DNA of 64,000 nucleotides from Squalus acanthias (lineage: Eukaryota): positions 9,798,001-9,862,000 of the forward strand of contig CM059433.1 in NCBI GenBank assembly GCA_030390025.1, written 5' to 3'. Position numbers and translations under genes: made by a program. The notes beneath the pieces were generated by a model. The model worked only from the letters and a program-made list of their open reading frames with translations, had not been told where the DNA came from and searched no databases. Positions 59,509 to 64,000 of this stretch are shown here, piece after piece. Each line of letters starts with the position of its first letter. The stretch's first letter is position 1.

Positions 59509-59800
59509 TTAATCTTTCACAAGTTCTTAATTAGTCCATCCTAGAGCTGCTGCACGACACCGTCACATTCTGCATCAATCCCAAAAGTCTGCACAGAAGT
59601 CTACACCTTCGAAATATGCAGTTGCAGTGAGCAACGTTGTCTGCTGCCGGTACATAGTGGACAATTGCAGGTGCGCAGCCCGTGATGTTCTGATATGGGC
59701 TGGCCATGAGCAAGGATGCCCCCTGTCGGCCTGTACCCAGAAAATTAGCCCCCTCCTCCAGAATACCTGCAGCAAAGCTTCACGCAGTTACCCATATAAC

Positions 59801-60259
59801 TGTCTCTGTGGCTCAGTTGGTTAACCCACTCGCGCTCTGAGTTCAAAGGTTATGGGTTCAAGTCCCACTCCAGGGACTTGAAGCACATAAAGCTAGGCTG
59901 ACACTTTGAGGGAGTGCTGCACTGTCGGAGGTGCTGTCTTTCGGATGAGACTTTAAAACCGAGGCCCTGTCTGCTCTCTCAGGTGGACGTATAAGATCCC
60001 ATAGCACTATTTTGGAGAAGAGTAGGGGAGTTCTCCCCGGTGTCCTGGCCAATATTTATCCCTCAACCAACATAACCAAAATGGTTTATTTGGTCATTAT
60101 CACATTGCTATTTGTGGGAGCTTGCTGTGCACAAATTGGCTGCCGCGTTTCCCACATTACAACAATGACTACACTCCAAAAATACTTCATTGGCTGTAAA
60201 GCACTTTGAGACGTCCAGTGGTCGTGAAAGGCGCTATACAAATGTTAAGTCTTTCTTTT
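59801..60259 (+). mobile_element. Deu-domain tRNA SINE, copy 4
   Basis: A/B boxes, core and tail as in the other copies. Confidence 0.88.
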
Positions 60260-60475
60260 GCCAGACAATGTTTCCACATGCAACTCTGGACCTTTTATGC
60301 AGAACAAATGCAGAGTTAACCATTGTGTGTCGAACTGGAGTTTCTGGAACAGAGAAATCTATGCATATTGCAGGACGATTTCTCCAAGTTGCCCTGTGCT
60401 GCCAGCAATGAACAGGGTCAAATTCAGAGACATCTGCTGCATTACAAGACTGCACTGTGTTGTCGTGCTCTCTAG

Positions 60476-60920
60476 GTGTCAGCTGCAGCTCAGTTGTAGC
60501 TCTCTTGCCACTGATTTAAAAGGTTGTTGGTTCAAGACTCACTTCCAAGCGACTTGAGCACGTAAAGCTAGGCTGACACTCCAGTGCAGTGCTGAGGGAG
60601 TGCTGCACTGTCGGAGGTGCCATCTTTCGGATGAGACGTTAAACCGAGGTCCTCTGAGGTGGACGTAAAAGATCCCATGGGCACTATTTTGAAGAAGAGC
60701 AGGGGAGTTATCCCCGGTGTCCTGGGGCCAATATTTATCTCTCAACTAAGATCACTAAAACAGATTATCTGGTCATTATCGCATTGCTGTTCGTGGGACA
60801 TTGTCGCCGTGTTTCCTACATTATAACAGTGACTGCACTTCAAAGGCACTTCACTGGCGGTAAAGTGCTTTGAGATGTTCTGAGGTCGTGAAAGGCGCTA
60901 TATAAATGCAACTTCTTTTC
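60476..60920 (+). mobile_element. Deu-domain tRNA SINE, copy 5
   Basis: Core and GGCGCTATATAAATGCAA tail as in the other copies. Confidence 0.86.
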
Positions 60921-61810
60921 CTGAACAATAAACACACTATGAGGCTCTCGTCTCCTGTTCCCCAGGACTAGGCTGCCAGGGGTCAGATAAACACATCATT
61001 CCCTCATTATCACTGGTCCTCACACCTTCCTTCCACAAGAATCTCCTACACTTGAAGGTGGTCAACCTTCATCAGATTTACAGCCAGTTTGAAAACCTGA
61101 CTGACCCTTGTCAATGTAAAGGTCAAAGAAAATCCATGTTTTAATCATTTGACGATCATAAAAGAAATGTGAACAGCTTCTAAAGTGTGAACAACTTTGG
61201 AATTTGACAGTCGCTTCAGAGAATACAGTAACAAGACAACCTGCTCTTTGTTTTTCCTTATTGTATGCAGACAGATCATTTTTGGGCTGCATGCAGGCAA
61301 ATTGTTCAAAGCGACTGGAGCTGAAATCAAAATCATGTTGCGAGACTATTAACGGTATGCAAATTAATGCACGTACATACTGTAAGTGGAAACCACTTAC
61401 TGCAAATGTGTGTAAGGCAAAAGTAATAGTCAAATGTGGGTAAGCAGGAGACACAGGAAATAGTGGTTCAATGACAAGGAGGCAAACTTACTGACTAGCT
61501 GGTGTGCACAATATTTACGCTGCAGATTTCATACTGCACAACTTCATTGGTGGGAAAAGCACAAAATGAGTCAATCACCTGTAATAATGATCCTTCAACG
61601 CTTCTCAATTAACCACTAAATCAATTGAAAGTTAGTGAATCCAGCTGTGAAGTACACAGGAGCTTTGTAAAATGGCTGAGTGGCAACCTCATAAAGCCAG
61701 TTTCATGGCACAGTCACTGACTGCCCAAATGGCAGGCCTAGTGGAGAAATGACAGGGCACAGGGACAAGCTGTATGAAGTTACATAACTCAGCATGTGAC
61801 CTCAGTGTCC

Positions 61811-62845
61811 CATAAGAACATAAGAAATAGGAGCAGGAGTCGGCCATTCGGCCCCTCGAGCCTGCTCCGCCATTCAATAAGATCATGGCTGATCCGATTT
61901 TGGCCTCAACTCCACTTTCCTGCCTGTTCCCCATAACCCTTGACTCCCCTGTTGCTCAAAAATCTGTCTATCTCAGCCTTGAATATATTCAATGACTCCG
62001 CCTCCACAGCTCTCTGGGGTAGAGAATTCCAAAGATTCACGACCCTCTGAGGGAAGCAATTCCTCCTCATCTCCGTCTTAAATGGGCGACCCCTTATTCT
62101 GAAACTATGCCCCCTAGTTCTAGATTCCCCCACGAGGGGAAACATCCTCTCAGCATCTACCCTGTCAATCCCTCTCAGAATCTTATACGTTTCAATAAGA
62201 TCACCTCTCATTCTTCTAAACTCCAATGAGTATAGGCCCAACCTGCTCAACCTTTCCTCATAAGACAACCCTTCCATCGCAGGAATCAACCTAGTGAACC
62301 TTCTCTGAACTGCCTCCAATGCAAGTATATCCCTCCTTAAATAAGGGGACCAGAACTGTACGCAGTACTCCAGGTGTGGTCTCACCAGCGCCCTGTACAG
62401 TTGTAGCAAGACTTCCCTACTTTTATATCTATCCCCCTTGAAATAAGGGCCAACATTCCATTTGCCTTCCTAATTACTTGCTGCACCTGCATGCTAACTT
62501 TTTATGTTTCATGTACGAGGACACCCAAATCCCTCTGTACCGCCGCATTCTGTAGTCTCTCTCCATTTAAATAATACTTTTCTTTTCTATTCTTCCGACC
62601 AAAGTGGATAACTTCACATTTTCCCACATTATACTCCATCTGCCAAATTCTTGCCCACTCACTTAACCTATCCATATCCCTTTGCAAACTCTTTATGTCC
62701 TCCTTACAACTTGCTTTCCCACCTATCTTTGTATCGTCCGCAAATTTGGCTACAGTACACTCGCTTCCTTCATCCAAGTCATTAATGTAGATTGTAAACA
62801 GTTGAGGCCCCAGCACCGATCCCCGTGGCACCCCACTAGTTACCG
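61811..62845 (-). mobile_element. CR1 LINE 3' portion
   Basis: [18 protein letters not shown]...KFADDTK...LEYCVQFWSPY...WNSLP. CATAAGAACATAAGAA tail on +. Confidence 0.95.
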
Positions 62846-63019
62846 AACTCAGGGGCCTGGTGGGAGGCTCACAACTTGAAAAAAGAGCAGAAAGGTAAGA
62901 CTCTGAATATTGCTGTAAAAATCGCAGCGCGGGACCAGAATGGGCTCATGGAAGATGTTGCAGCTGTTAAAGAGAGAGGCAAAAAAAAAGAAAGAAGCTG
63001 CACAGAACGATTGTCCTTG

Positions 63020-63990
63020 CACTTCTTCTGGAACAAGCCTGTACACCTGTCACGGCTTCCCTTGCTGAGACTGGGCCTCATCATTCACTGCTCCTCTGTC
63101 AGGGAGCTGCCCTGTGGCAGTCGGAGCACTGCCTGTCATAGTCCATCCTGCGAGAGGTTCTTCTTCTGTCCTCTGAGCTCCCAAGCCACCCTCGCCTCCT
63201 ATTCCTGCTGAGCTAAAAATACCAGGGACTGGCCACTGCAGACAAGTGTGCCCAGTGTCTAACCCCCAGACTGACCATCAGAGTAGCTCTGTACTTATTG
63301 CTCATGATTGGTTTTACCAAGCAATAATCTTTTCCTTTTCATGAACACTTTGTGATTACTATTACGAACCTGTTCTGCACTTCCGGTCGACATTACAGCT
63401 TCGGTACTGCAGTGGAGCCAGGAGGAGCACTTTACTGCACCTCACCGCTGCACCTTCAGGTAAGTATTTTTTTTAAACTTACCATTTTGGTAGCGGCCTG
63501 CACAGTCCCTTTAAGAACAGCTGGTTAGGCTGCATGTAGGCCACATTTCGTTCAGGGCAGTACAATTTCACAAAGAGGACCACGAACAGGCGTTAAGCCC
63601 GCTATTTGCATATACAAAGGGTCTGACGTCTGTTCCCAGCGTAGGCCCTGAACGCCTCTTTTCCTGCCTTCACCAATATGGCGGGTGACACGAATCTTGT
63701 CATTCATGTGGAAATGACATGAAGTAATACTGGGCGGCCTGCTGGTGGCGCTGTCCAGGGAGAGTATAAATACTCGGGCATGGGACCAGCTTGCTCAGGA
63801 CATTCCTTAACAGGAACTAGTGAAGGACATAACTAGATCTCCATGTGGAAAAACAGTTGATTATAGCTTTGTTTCATCGCTTAGACCAAGTGCCTAGTAG
63901 TTTACTTACGTCAGCGGGCGGAGCACTTCTGCTGCATACTGGGCGCCCGCTATATTGGATGCTTAGGTGCCCGTTTTGGGTCTGAATTGC
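63020..63990 (-). mobile_element. Probable decayed Harbinger end with a transposase N-terminal remnant
   Basis: Minus strand ~63110-63040 reads SLTEEQ*MMRPSLSK/EAVT, paralleling MSDEQCLRRLRFSKEVVT. GC-rich end region at 63370-63990. Confidence 0.4.
63686..63913 (+). mobile_element. Short solo LTR (228 bp), copy 2
   Basis: TGAC...GTCA termini. 5-bp TSD GCGGG at 63681-63685 and 63914-63918. TATAAAT at ~63765. Confidence 0.87.
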
Positions 63991-64000
63991 TAGGATATAA

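Noticed and set aside
47639..63913. The two short LTRs as the ends of one element containing the Gypsy pol
   Set aside because: They are in opposite orientation and each has its own distinct 5-bp TSD.

Overview
Eukaryotic DNA, almost certainly from a cartilaginous fish (shark-like repeat set: CR1 LINEs with (CTTATGTT)n tails, Deu-domain tRNA SINEs, L2, RTE). The window is intergenic or intronic and dominated by nested transposable elements. I found no host protein-coding gene, rRNA, true tRNA or CRISPR array that I can support. Highlights: (1) Two full-length PIF/Harbinger transposons (35107-40071 and 41965-46107), each with TIRs, an exact 3-bp TSD, a DDE transposase on + and a convergent three-exon Myb/SANT gene on -. 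The two copies carry different inactivating lesions. (2) Their ~895-bp deletion-derivative MITE, one copy of which sits exactly on the parent transposase start codon. (3) Penelope-like retroelement ends carrying minimal hammerhead-ribozyme motifs, two of them as ~200-bp palindromic insertions with 12-13-bp TSDs. (4) A decayed Gypsy pol split by later insertions. (5) A 1.27-kb solo LTR and two 227-228-bp solo LTRs with exact TSDs. (6) Many further Harbinger-type MITEs, a Tc1/pogo-type MITE and multi-level nesting. Family assignments come from motif recognition by eye, not database searches. Boundaries without TSD support are approximate.
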